DNA of 64,000 bases, from the NCBI GenBank assembly GCA_002372695.1, contig DFHS01000022.1, forward strand, positions 6,284-70,283, written 5' to 3'. The notes beneath the pieces are model-generated. The model saw only the letters and a program-made list of their open reading frames with translations, did no database searches and was not told the DNA's origin. Source of the stretch: Bacteroidales bacterium UBA3717. GTDB lineage: Bacteria; Bacteroidota; Bacteroidia; Bacteroidales; Paludibacteraceae. The position numbers and the translations under genes were made by a program. Shown here piece after piece: positions 27,748 to 34,939 of the stretch (positions are counted from its first letter, which is position 1; each line of letters opens with the position of its first letter).

Positions 27748-27755
27748 CAAATTTA
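27748..27755 (-). promoter_or_regulatory. -7 box TAAATTTG, probable promoter of the giant surface-protein gene
   Basis: Plus-strand caaattta. I see no clean -33 TTTG at the standard spacing. Confidence 0.5.
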
Positions 27756-27923
27756 CTATTTTTAAGTTTTTATGCGCCGTTTCAAAACAAACAACGCGAA
27801 AATCGAGTGCAAAATTAATATTTTGTTTTCGAATACGCAAATTTTAACCCCTTTTTCGCGCGCGAATAATAATAAGGTGTAGTCGTTTCTTAACAAAATA
27901 TAACTTTTATCACTCCAAAACAT

Positions 27924-27953
27924 AAAAAAAAGAGAAGGCAAAATCACCTTCTC
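27924..27953 (-). terminator. Intrinsic terminator of the S24/PqqD operon
   Basis: Minus-strand reading is gagaagg-tgattttg-ccttctc followed by tttttttt. Confidence 0.8.
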
Positions 27954-28020
27954 AAAATGTTGTAATTGGGAGTTTTTCGGGAGATGGTCCCGTGTTGGTC
28001 CTGTTCAAATAGAACATTTC

Positions 28021-28320
28021 TTAACCTTCAATCACTCCTGCTTCTTTCCAAGAAGCAATAGTCGCTTCCACATCCGTCATCGCCTGTTCCGGAGAGACCT
28101 CATACTCCGCGCAGAGCGCTTTGCAAAGCGCCGACGCGTCAAAAGCCCCATGCGAACGAGTCTGCTCTTCCGCCTTCTCCCAGAGAAATCCCGCCGTCTC
28201 ATTCAGCGTGATCATCTTATTGAAATTAATGAGCGCCATCGACTCACCCACCAAAATATACTCGTTACCTAATTTGCGCAACTTAAATCCTTCAATTGTC
28301 TTCATAAAGCTATTTACCAT
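28021..28320 (-). CDS. PqqD-family (RRE-type peptide-chaperone-like) small protein
   Basis: 99 aa. The LNETAGFLWEKAEE helix plus the C-terminal EVSPEQAMTDVEATIASWKEAGVI are typical of the PqqD family. The start may instead be 28305 (MKTIEG), because the first 5 codons lie in a word array. Confidence 0.7.
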   Translation of the reverse strand: MVNSFMKTIEGFKLRKLGNEYILVGESMALINFNKMITLNETAGFLWEKAEEQTRSHGAFDASALCKALCAEYEVSPEQAMTDVEATIASWKEAGVIEG

Positions 28321-28366
28321 TTAATTATTTACGATGTACCATTTATTGGGTCATTTATACATTTTT
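28311..28366. repeat. Word array (ATTTACC / ATTTAT words, about 13-15-nt spacing) bridging the S24 stop and the PqqD start
   Basis: Sequence is tatttaccatttaattatttacgatgtaccatttattgggtcatttatacattt. Positions 28337-28355 match 60254-60273 at 18 of 19 positions. Confidence 0.85.
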
Positions 28367-28812
28367 AGCACTGTATGCCGATAGACCTTTAGCAAGAACG
28401 GTCTCCATCTCCGAACAGCGTACCAAAATCGCCCTCTCATCAGCGGTTTGCGACAGCCGGAAGGTCCTTCGATACGGATCACTTGTCCGATAACATCCGC
28501 AAAAACGCATCGCTCTTCGCCCGATATATTTCCGTCGCCTTGCAGCACATAAACCGCTTCACCTTGCGTCCCCTTCTCTATCCGCACAAGCCGATGCAGG
28601 ACATACGTCTGTGTTCCGACCTGTGTTTGGACACTTGCCAAAAGAACATCTCCTTTCCGTGGCGAAGCAGTCACCGCTGCAAGAATCACACTATCCCGAT
28701 CTCCTTCTATGAACGGCCGCATACTCACGCCGGATGGCGTAAACCGCACTTCTTTCCCCTCTTTCAGCAACCGTGCTAACTCCGGAATCAATATGTCATT
28801 CGCTATCCTCAT
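28351..28812 (-). CDS. S24/S26-fold serine peptidase-like protein, soluble, with Ser...His-Arg...GDGN motif order
   Basis: Blocks PSGVSMRPFI, GDVLLA, YVLHRLVRI and VLQGDGN. Start chosen at the ATG overlapping the upstream stop (TAATG). No TM segment. Confidence 0.7.
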   Translation of the reverse strand: MRIANDILIPELARLLKEGKEVRFTPSGVSMRPFIEGDRDSVILAAVTASPRKGDVLLASVQTQVGTQTYVLHRLVRIEKGTQGEAVYVLQGDGNISGEERCVFADVIGQVIRIEGPSGCRKPLMRGRFWYAVRRWRPFLLKVYRHTVLKMYK

Positions 28813-29351
28813 TACGGCACGTACCGAAAACAGTTGCAAATCTCGTAATAATATATTATGTTCGTAATAAAAATATCGCGACTTCCTTTATTTCGAATCT
28901 TAAGCTGATAATTTCCACGGGGAATAGTAGCCGTCACCGAGCCGGAACTATATGTCACTCCGTCCGTCAACGGACCTTCCCATTCCGATCCGTCCGGAGA
29001 AATATATACCTCTATGTCAGACGTATTGGAAGTACCGGAATCTATTATATCATAGCCAATAGAGACTTCAAACAACCCCTCTATGGCAGGCGCAACAATT
29101 ACATCATCTCCATAATAATATAATTTGATACCAACCTGATCGTTTACCACATCAAATACCGCCTTCCCTCCGCAAGTATAGGTAATCGAGTCCGTCGTGC
29201 TAAGGGCATACTTATTAGCGGATTTAAACTCAATCGTACGCGGTTCCGTATTCATCGACTGAAAATTATGCGTAATATTCTCACCAAGTATAACCGAGAA
29301 TGGCATGCCTGCAAATAGTAGTGCTCCTAAGTACCTTAAAATGCGTTTCAT
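28812..29351 (-). CDS. Small secreted beta-rich protein of unknown function
   Basis: Start chosen at MKRILRYLGALLFAGMPFSVILG (signal peptide), 25 nt downstream of a -7 box. The ISPDGSEWEG block resembles YESSDGSNWGE in the giant protein. Confidence 0.6.
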   Translation of the reverse strand: MKRILRYLGALLFAGMPFSVILGENITHNFQSMNTEPRTIEFKSANKYALSTTDSITYTCGGKAVFDVVNDQVGIKLYYYGDDVIVAPAIEGLFEVSIGYDIIDSGTSNTSDIEVYISPDGSEWEGPLTDGVTYSSGSVTATIPRGNYQLKIRNKGSRDIFITNIIYYYEICNCFRYVP

Positions 29352-29375
29352 TATTGTTCTGTCAAAAATCGGGTA

Positions 29376-29407
29376 CAAAGGTACAACAAAAAAACGATAT
29401 ATGCAAA
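29376..29407 (-). promoter_or_regulatory. Promoter of the secreted protein/S24/PqqD operon (-7 TACCTTTG, -33 TTTG)
   Basis: Plus-strand caaaggta at 29376-29383 and caaa at 29404-29407, 20 nt apart. Confidence 0.65.
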
Positions 29408-29471
29408 CGCAAAGCGTGAAAAAAATCATTCTGCGGCAATTTTTACACATTTTCTCAATTGGGATCAGCAT

Positions 29472-29515
29472 AAAAGTCTTACAAAAGTCTTACAAAAGTC
29501 TTATTTGGGTCTTAC
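29472..29515. repeat. Tandem word array, 11-nt unit x4 (AAAAGTCTTAC)
   Basis: Lies in the divergent promoter region. The same AGTCTTA word family recurs at 43093-43141. Confidence 0.95.
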
Positions 29516-29596
29516 CGGATTTTGGCAAGAATTCCGCGCAGTTGATGTGGAAAAATTGACGGAATTTGTAAAAAATGCTAAAAATATTAAAATAAG

Positions 29597-29628
29597 TTTG
29601 CGTATGTGCGTAAAATGTAGTACCTTTG
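29597..29628 (+). promoter_or_regulatory. Promoter (-33 TTTG, -7 TACCTTTG) of the 555-aa T9SS protein gene
   Basis: Sequence is tttgcgtatgtgcgtaaaatgtagtacctttg with 20-nt spacing. Confidence 0.7.
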
Positions 29629-29706
29629 CCGTCGATTTGTAAAGTAAACATAGCAAATGCTATTATAAAACCCAAAATTTTCGTTTAACTAAAAACACAA
29701 AACACA

Positions 29707-31374
29707 ATGAAAAAAATTTTCACTTTAGCCGCTGCCGTACTGGCAAGCGTTAGCTTGATGGCAGCCGCTCCTGATTTCGAGTCCTTCAACTGGGGAGAAA
29801 ATGATTTCGCAACCGTATTTGCGGATCATGACGGCCTTGTTATTTCCTCTGATGCTTCTGCTTGGAAAGGCAACTTCAGCGGAACGCAGTACGTAACATT
29901 AGGTGGAGGTACCGACATGAGTGCAGATTCACCGACACCGTATTTTGGAGTTTCGGCCGAAGCTGGCATTGATTCTATCGAGATTTATTGGGCTCCGAAT
30001 GGAGGCGATGCTTCAAACGTCGCTTGGGCAGCATGGGAAGATGCAAGCAACTTTTTAGCTCAAGATATTGATTTCAAAGGTGAAGGAGCAGAATACACCG
30101 GCTCGAAATCTATCGAAGGCGCAACATGGCAGATGTTTGACTTCTCGGCAACAGACGAGCACGCTATTATGTTCGCTCGCCAAATTAAAAAGGCCAAAAT
30201 GGGAGGACAAGTCGAAAGCAACTACGGTAAAAACAAAACTATTAATATCCTTGGTATCCGCGTTTGGTTGCATGAGACCAAGACCATCGTTTCTACCGAA
30301 GAGACCCTGACCGGCGTTGCAGTGAATGGCGTAGAAATGGAAGCAAGCGAATTTGCAAATCTCTTGTTACATCATAATGCAGGTTTCCCGAATGAAGAGT
30401 TTGCAGAAGCTCCGACTTTCGTATTCACCAAACACATTGTTATTACGTACGAGGACTCAAGCACCAAAGAGTCCGATGCGAACATCGAGGTTGTAGGTAG
30501 CGAAGATGCTCAGGGCGATTGGGTTGCTTCTGCTACCATCGGTGGTGTTCCGTACTCTGTATATGCTCCGAAAGCTGTAGCTGTAACCATTACTTACATG
30601 GACGGCGAGACTGTTTTAGGCACCGAGATTATTGCCGAAGGAGAACAGGCTACCGAATACGCACAGTACGAGTCCAGACCTGCTACTACATTCCTTGGCT
30701 GGTTCAGCGATGCAGAGTGCACTACTCCTGTTAATCTCGCTACTGAAGCGTTCTTCGCAAACGCAACTGTTTACGCCAAGTTCGAGAAGGCTTACGCTAC
30801 TTCGCTGAACATCGAGCAATACGTATTGGATAACGGCAGGCACAATGCAGACAATGATCACATCGGCGAGGCTTTTGCAGCCGCTTTGGACGCAGCTCAC
30901 TATGCATACAGCAATATTAACGCCCTCGACTCATTGAACGACGATCCTTCCAAGACCAACCGCAACTATGCATTCCTTGGTCTGAAGATCAAGAAACAAG
31001 GCGGCTATATCGCTTGCAACTTGCAGGCCGGTCAGACCATCCGCGTTAAATTTGGTAATGTTGCTGCAGCAGTTAAGGCTTATGCTAATGACCAGGTACT
31101 GACGCTGACCCCGACTGACAAGGCGCTGGATGTATTGGAGTTCCCTGCTACAGAAGAGACATTCGTTAAACTGGAGACCACTACCGATGGAACCGTAGTT
31201 ATCAAGCAAATCATGATTGACGAGGCTATTCAGGAAGTTACTCTTCCGGAGCCTGTTCCCACCGGCATCAACAACGCTGAGGAGGCTGTGAAAACTGTTA
31301 AGGTCATCCGCAACGGTCAGCTCTTCATCGAGAAGAACGGCGTTCTCTTCAACGCACAGGGCGCACGCTTGTAA
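29707..31374 (+). CDS. Secreted protein with a Listeria-Bacteroides-type repeat and a T9SS C-terminal sorting tail
   Basis: Signal peptide MKKIFTLAAAVLASVSLMAAAP. The FLGWFSDAECTTPVN block matches the Flg_new-type repeat. C-terminus is VKVIRNGQLFIEKNGVLFNAQGARL. Confidence 0.75.
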   Translation: MKKIFTLAAAVLASVSLMAAAPDFESFNWGENDFATVFADHDGLVISSDASAWKGNFSGTQYVTLGGGTDMSADSPTPYFGVSAEAGIDSIEIYWAPNGGDASNVAWAAWEDASNFLAQDIDFKGEGAEYTGSKSIEGATWQMFDFSATDEHAIMFARQIKKAKMGGQVESNYGKNKTINILGIRVWLHETKTIVSTEETLTGVAVNGVEMEASEFANLLLHHNAGFPNEEFAEAPTFVFTKHIVITYEDSSTKESDANIEVVGSEDAQGDWVASATIGGVPYSVYAPKAVAVTITYMDGETVLGTEIIAEGEQATEYAQYESRPATTFLGWFSDAECTTPVNLATEAFFANATVYAKFEKAYATSLNIEQYVLDNGRHNADNDHIGEAFAAALDAAHYAYSNINALDSLNDDPSKTNRNYAFLGLKIKKQGGYIACNLQAGQTIRVKFGNVAAAVKAYANDQVLTLTPTDKALDVLEFPATEETFVKLETTTDGTVVIKQIMIDEAIQEVTLPEPVPTGINNAEEAVKTVKVIRNGQLFIEKNGVLFNAQGARL

Positions 31375-31486
31375 TAATACTTGCACGACTGCGGGCATAG
31401 CCCTTGTAAAGTGCAACGTATTATACTACGCTTTCCCCATAGCAAACAGCCAAGGCTTGGTTTACTCTGGGGCCCCGATAAGCAAA

Positions 31487-31517
31487 GGCTCCGCAGCAAT
31501 GCGGAGTCTTTCTTTTG
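31487..31517 (+). terminator. Intrinsic terminator
   Basis: ctccgca-gcaa-tgcggag followed by tctttctttt. Confidence 0.75.
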
Positions 31518-31567
31518 TAGGTTAGAGATAGCAAAAATACTTTTTTTATAAAAAAAGCAATGAAAAA

Positions 31568-31599
31568 TTTGGTCAATTCAAAAATTTGTAGTATCTTTG
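31568..31599 (+). promoter_or_regulatory. Promoter of the rpsF-rpsR-rplI operon (-7 TATCTTTG)
   Basis: TTTG at 31568-31571 and TAnnTTTG at 31592-31599. Confidence 0.65.
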
Positions 31600-31637
31600 C
31601 ACGCTTTTTCGCGTCATGCGCGTAAAAGCATAAAGGA

Positions 31638-31673
31638 ATCTAGAACATCTAGAGCATCTAGAAAATCTAGTAA
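31638..31673. repeat. Tandem word array, 9-nt unit x4, TCTAG core
   Basis: Sequence is atctagaac atctagagc atctagaaa atctagtaa, in the rpsF 5' leader. Confidence 0.95.
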
Positions 31674-31707
31674 TATTATTAACTAATTAAAATTAACATT
31701 TACTACA

Positions 31708-32049
31708 ATGGTAAATCATTATGAAGCTGCCTTCGTATTGACACCCGTTTTGTCTGAGCCGCAGACAAAGGAGGCGGTAGAAAAATTCGAGAATCTTCTC
31801 ACGCAGAATGGCGGTACCATCCTGAACCGTGAGGAGTGGGGCTTGCGCCAACTCGCTTACCCTATCCAAGGTAAAAATTCGGGCTTCTATTTCATCCTTC
31901 AGTTTGATGCAGAGCCCGCTGTAATCGCTACCCTCGAGACCGAGTTCCGTCGTGACGAGCGTGTAATCCGCTTCCTGACAACGCGTCTTGACAAGTACGC
32001 ATTTGAGTACGCTGAGAAGCGTCGTAACAACTTTAAAAAGGAGGCTTAA
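31708..32049 (+). CDS. rpsF: 30S ribosomal protein S6
   Basis: [10 protein letters not shown] start and the S6 fold blocks. Operon with S18 and L9. Confidence 0.9.
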   Translation: MVNHYEAAFVLTPVLSEPQTKEAVEKFENLLTQNGGTILNREEWGLRQLAYPIQGKNSGFYFILQFDAEPAVIATLETEFRRDERVIRFLTTRLDKYAFEYAEKRRNNFKKEA

Positions 32050-32051
32050 TC

Positions 32052-32318
32052 ATGGCACAGAATGACGAAATCCGCTATCTGACTCCGCAAGGTTCGGATC
32101 AGAAGAAGAAAAAGTACTGCCGCTTCAAGAAATCCGGCATCAAGTACATCGACTACAAAGATCCTGAGTTCCTCAAGAAGTTCCTCAACGAGCAAGGTAA
32201 GATTCTTCCTCGCCGCATCACCGGTACTTCGCTCAAGTATCAGCGTAAAGTTGCCCAGGCCGTTAAGAAAGCACGCCACTTGGCTCTGCTGCCTTACGTA
32301 ACCGACATGATGAAATGA
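32052..32318 (+). CDS. rpsR: 30S ribosomal protein S18
   Basis: Blocks [18 protein letters not shown] and [26 protein letters not shown]. Confidence 0.95.
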   Translation: MAQNDEIRYLTPQGSDQKKKKYCRFKKSGIKYIDYKDPEFLKKFLNEQGKILPRRITGTSLKYQRKVAQAVKKARHLALLPYVTDMMK

Positions 32319-32350
32319 TTGTTTAACCGACTTAATTGAAAGGAAAAATT

Positions 32351-32794
32351 ATGGAAGTAATTCTGATTCAAGACCTTGCAAACCTCGGTTTCAAGAACGA
32401 CATCGTAAAAGTACGTGACGGCTACGGACGTAACTACCTGCTGCCGCAGAAGATTGCTATCATCGCTAATGAGAGCAACAAGAAACAGCTGGCAGAGAAC
32501 CTCAAACAACAGGCTCACAAAGCTGCGAAAATCCTGGCTGACGCTCAGGCTCTCGAGGCTAAACTCGCTGAGACCGTAATCGAGGTTAAAGTAAAAGCAA
32601 ATGAGGACGGTAAGATCTTCGGTACCGTTACCACCCAGAACATCTCTGACGCTCTCAAAGCACAGGAGATCCTGATCGACAAGAAAGTGATCACCATCGC
32701 TGAACCGATCAAGGAACTTGGTGAGTACAGTGCACAAGCTCGCCTCCACCGCGAGGTAAAAGCAGAGATCAAGCTGAACGTAGTAGCTGAGTAA
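32351..32794 (+). CDS. rplI: 50S ribosomal protein L9
   Basis: Start at MEVILIQDLANLGFKNDIVKVRDGYGRNYL (canonical L9 N-terminus). Confidence 0.95.
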   Translation: MEVILIQDLANLGFKNDIVKVRDGYGRNYLLPQKIAIIANESNKKQLAENLKQQAHKAAKILADAQALEAKLAETVIEVKVKANEDGKIFGTVTTQNISDALKAQEILIDKKVITIAEPIKELGEYSAQARLHREVKAEIKLNVVAE

Positions 32795-32824
32795 TGTTAA
32801 ACATTTAAAGAAAGGAAAAAAGCA

Positions 32825-33079
32825 ATGAAAGCTGGAATTCATCCTGATAACTACCGCGTAGTAGTTTTCAAAGATATGTCTGACGGTACTCAGTTCTTCA
32901 GCCGCTCTACTGCAGCTACGAAGGACACAATCGAAATCGACGGCGTTCAGTATCCGCTGATCAAGCTCGAGATCTCGAACACGAGTCACCCGTTCTACAC
33001 CGGTAAGTCCAAACTCGTGGACACCGCAGGTCGTGTGGACAAATTTATGTCTCGCTACGGCAACCGCAACCGCAAGTAA
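32825..33079 (+). CDS. rpmE: 50S ribosomal protein L31, type B
   Basis: [10 protein letters not shown] start and an HPFYTGK block. No CxxC zinc motif, as in type B. Confidence 0.9.
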   Translation: MKAGIHPDNYRVVVFKDMSDGTQFFSRSTAATKDTIEIDGVQYPLIKLEISNTSHPFYTGKSKLVDTAGRVDKFMSRYGNRNRK

Positions 33080-33092
33080 TCCTTGCGATTTT

Positions 33093-33128
33093 CAAGGGGC
33101 GAGCACATGCTTGCCCCTTGTTGTTTTT
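33093..33128 (+). terminator. Intrinsic terminator
   Basis: caaggggc-gagcacatgctt-gccccttg followed by ttgttttt. Confidence 0.8.
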
Positions 33129-33132
33129 AACG

Positions 33133-33172
33133 ACTAGTCCACTAGTCGACTAGTATACTAGTAAACTAGAAA
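33133..33172. repeat. Tandem word array, 8-nt unit x5, ACTAG(T) core
   Basis: Sequence is actagtcc actagtcg actagtat actagtaa actagaaa. Confidence 0.95.
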
Positions 33173-33183
33173 TATTCATCACT

Positions 33184-33972
33184 ATGAATAACACATCCCT
33201 CTGGCGCGCCCTCGGCCGCAATTTCATAATCTCCATCCTCCTTTTCGGATCCCTTTTTGGACTCCTCTGGCTCGTAGAATGGTTCCTTAATTCTCAATTG
33301 TCAATTGTCAATTGTCAATTATTAAAATGGCATGATCCCGCCTGGGTAGTCGGCATTCCTGCCTCTATCATCGGCGTTGCATATATCTTGACTGTTCGTG
33401 ACCCGCAGAACTACACCGGATTCTTTGCTGGCATCGTCATGTCGATCCTCTTAGGCATCCAGTTTCTGCTGCAAAACCAATACGACAGCGCGTTTCTCTT
33501 TTTCTTCGTCTTTATCCCGTTCCAACTCATGTCCATCTATAAATGGAGCCGCTCCAAAGATGACGGAGGCGCCTCGTTCGAACCGAAATTCCTTGACACC
33601 CCGCGACTTTTCCTGTCCGTCGCGCTGCTGATATTCATTACCGCAGGAGATGTTATTATCAACATATACGCCATTCATGGCGCACTCGCTTTGGACGGAT
33701 GGAAAGAAGCTGTCATCCTTTTGCTCAACGGCTTTCTCATCTCCTCTTCGTTCCTCGCCAACTACTGGCTCATCTATCGCAAGACGGACTCGTGGATCTA
33801 TTGGTTCATCTACAGCATCGCCGGCATCGGACTCTTCATCCTCCTCGGCAATATATTCTCCATCGTCCTGTTCACGTTCTTCCTGGTGATTAACTCTATG
33901 GCAGGCATCGCTTGGCTCAAAGCCACCAAGCCGGAGAATATGGGCTGGCTAGCAACGTTTAACAAACAATAA
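33184..33972 (+). CDS. pnuC: Nicotinamide riboside transporter PnuC-like membrane protein
   Basis: 7-8 TM segments with a two-half PnuC-like pattern, including WLIYRKTDSWIYWFIYS. Carries an in-frame CAATTGT array. Confidence 0.6.
   Translation: MNNTSLWRALGRNFIISILLFGSLFGLLWLVEWFLNSQLSIVNCQLLKWHDPAWVVGIPASIIGVAYILTVRDPQNYTGFFAGIVMSILLGIQFLLQNQYDSAFLFFFVFIPFQLMSIYKWSRSKDDGGASFEPKFLDTPRLFLSVALLIFITAGDVIINIYAIHGALALDGWKEAVILLLNGFLISSSFLANYWLIYRKTDSWIYWFIYSIAGIGLFILLGNIFSIVLFTFFLVINSMAGIAWLKATKPENMGWLATFNKQ
33288..33325. repeat. CAATTGT array (7-nt unit x4), in frame, copy 2 of 3
   Basis: Sequence is ttaattctcaattgtcaattgtcaattgtcaattatta, encoding LNSQLSIVNCQLLK. Confidence 0.95.
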
Positions 33973-33973
33973 A

Positions 33974-34005
33974 TCGACATATCGAAATATCGAAATATCG
34001 AAATA
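33974..34005. repeat. Tandem word array, 8-nt unit x4 (TCGAAATA)
   Basis: Sequence is tcgacata tcgaaata tcgaaata tcgaaata. It ends 1 nt before the ATG at 34007. Same word family as 19387-19426. Confidence 0.95.
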
Positions 34006-34006
34006 T

Positions 34007-34939
34007 ATGATCAAACGAAAACAAGACACCGTATTAAAAGTCGCGGAACCTGCGCAGCTCATGGATTTCCTTATCGCTAAGATGGGCGGCATGGCGAAAT
34101 CGTCGGTCAAACAACTCTTAGGCCAGCGGCGTGTCAAAGTCGGCAATGCCGTACAGACGCGGCATGATTTCCCGCTCCATCCGGGCGATGTCGTAACCGT
34201 CTCTTCCGGCCGCGGCAACAGCCAACTCACGCACCCCAAACTGCGCATCGTCTATGAGGACGACGACTTGATTGTGGTGAACAAGCAACCGGGACTCTTG
34301 ACCGTAGCGGCTACGCCCGGCAGCTCCGAGACGACGGCGTTCTCCATCTTGCGCGCGTACGTAAAAAAACAGAACGCGCGCGCGGGCATATATGTCGTGC
34401 ATCGCCTCGACCGGGAGACTTCCGGTCTGTTGGTCTTTGCCCGCTCGGAGGAGCTTCAGCACTACATGCGCGAGTACTGGCGGGATTTGGTAACCGACCG
34501 GACATATATCGCCCTCGCAGAAGGCATCCTCGAGCCACGCGAAGGAAAAATAACGACCTGGCTGACCGAAGACAAACGCAATGCGGTAGTTTATTCCTCC
34601 CCTGTGGACGACGGCGGCGATATCGCTATCACGAACTATAAGGTACTCAAAACCTCTAAACGCGACGAAGTCGCAAATAATTCTCAATTGTCAACTGTCA
34701 ATTATCAATTAGTGGAGCTCCATTTGGAGACCGGACGAACAAACCAGATCCGCGTGCATCTGGCGTCCAAAGGATGCCCGGTAGTGGGCGACCGCAAGTA
34801 TGGTCACGGCAACGAATCCAGCCCTATTGACCGCCTCTGTCTGCATGCAAAAGTGCTGGAGTTCATCCATCCTGTGACGGAGAAAAAGGTGCGTTTCGAG
34901 AGCCCCGTTCCCAAAGAGTTTAATAGAGTATTATTATGA
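34007..34939 (+). CDS. RluA-family pseudouridine synthase with N-terminal S4-like domain
   Basis: Catalytic block HRLDRETSGLLVFAR and C-terminal GRTNQIRVHLA. Confidence 0.85.
   Translation: MIKRKQDTVLKVAEPAQLMDFLIAKMGGMAKSSVKQLLGQRRVKVGNAVQTRHDFPLHPGDVVTVSSGRGNSQLTHPKLRIVYEDDDLIVVNKQPGLLTVAATPGSSETTAFSILRAYVKKQNARAGIYVVHRLDRETSGLLVFARSEELQHYMREYWRDLVTDRTYIALAEGILEPREGKITTWLTEDKRNAVVYSSPVDDGGDIAITNYKVLKTSKRDEVANNSQLSTVNYQLVELHLETGRTNQIRVHLASKGCPVVGDRKYGHGNESSPIDRLCLHAKVLEFIHPVTEKKVRFESPVPKEFNRVLL
34676..34712. repeat. CAATTGT array (7-nt unit x4), in frame, copy 3 of 3
   Basis: Sequence is aataattctcaattgtcaactgtcaattatcaattag, encoding NNSQLSTVNYQL. Confidence 0.95.

Noticed and set aside
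27647-27796. Invertible promoter (inverton) for the giant adhesin gene, suggested by tgtttgtt / aacaaaca flanking the -7 box.
   Set aside because: The inverted repeat is only about 8-9 nt and AT-rich. No recombinase gene is nearby. Chance occurrence is likely.
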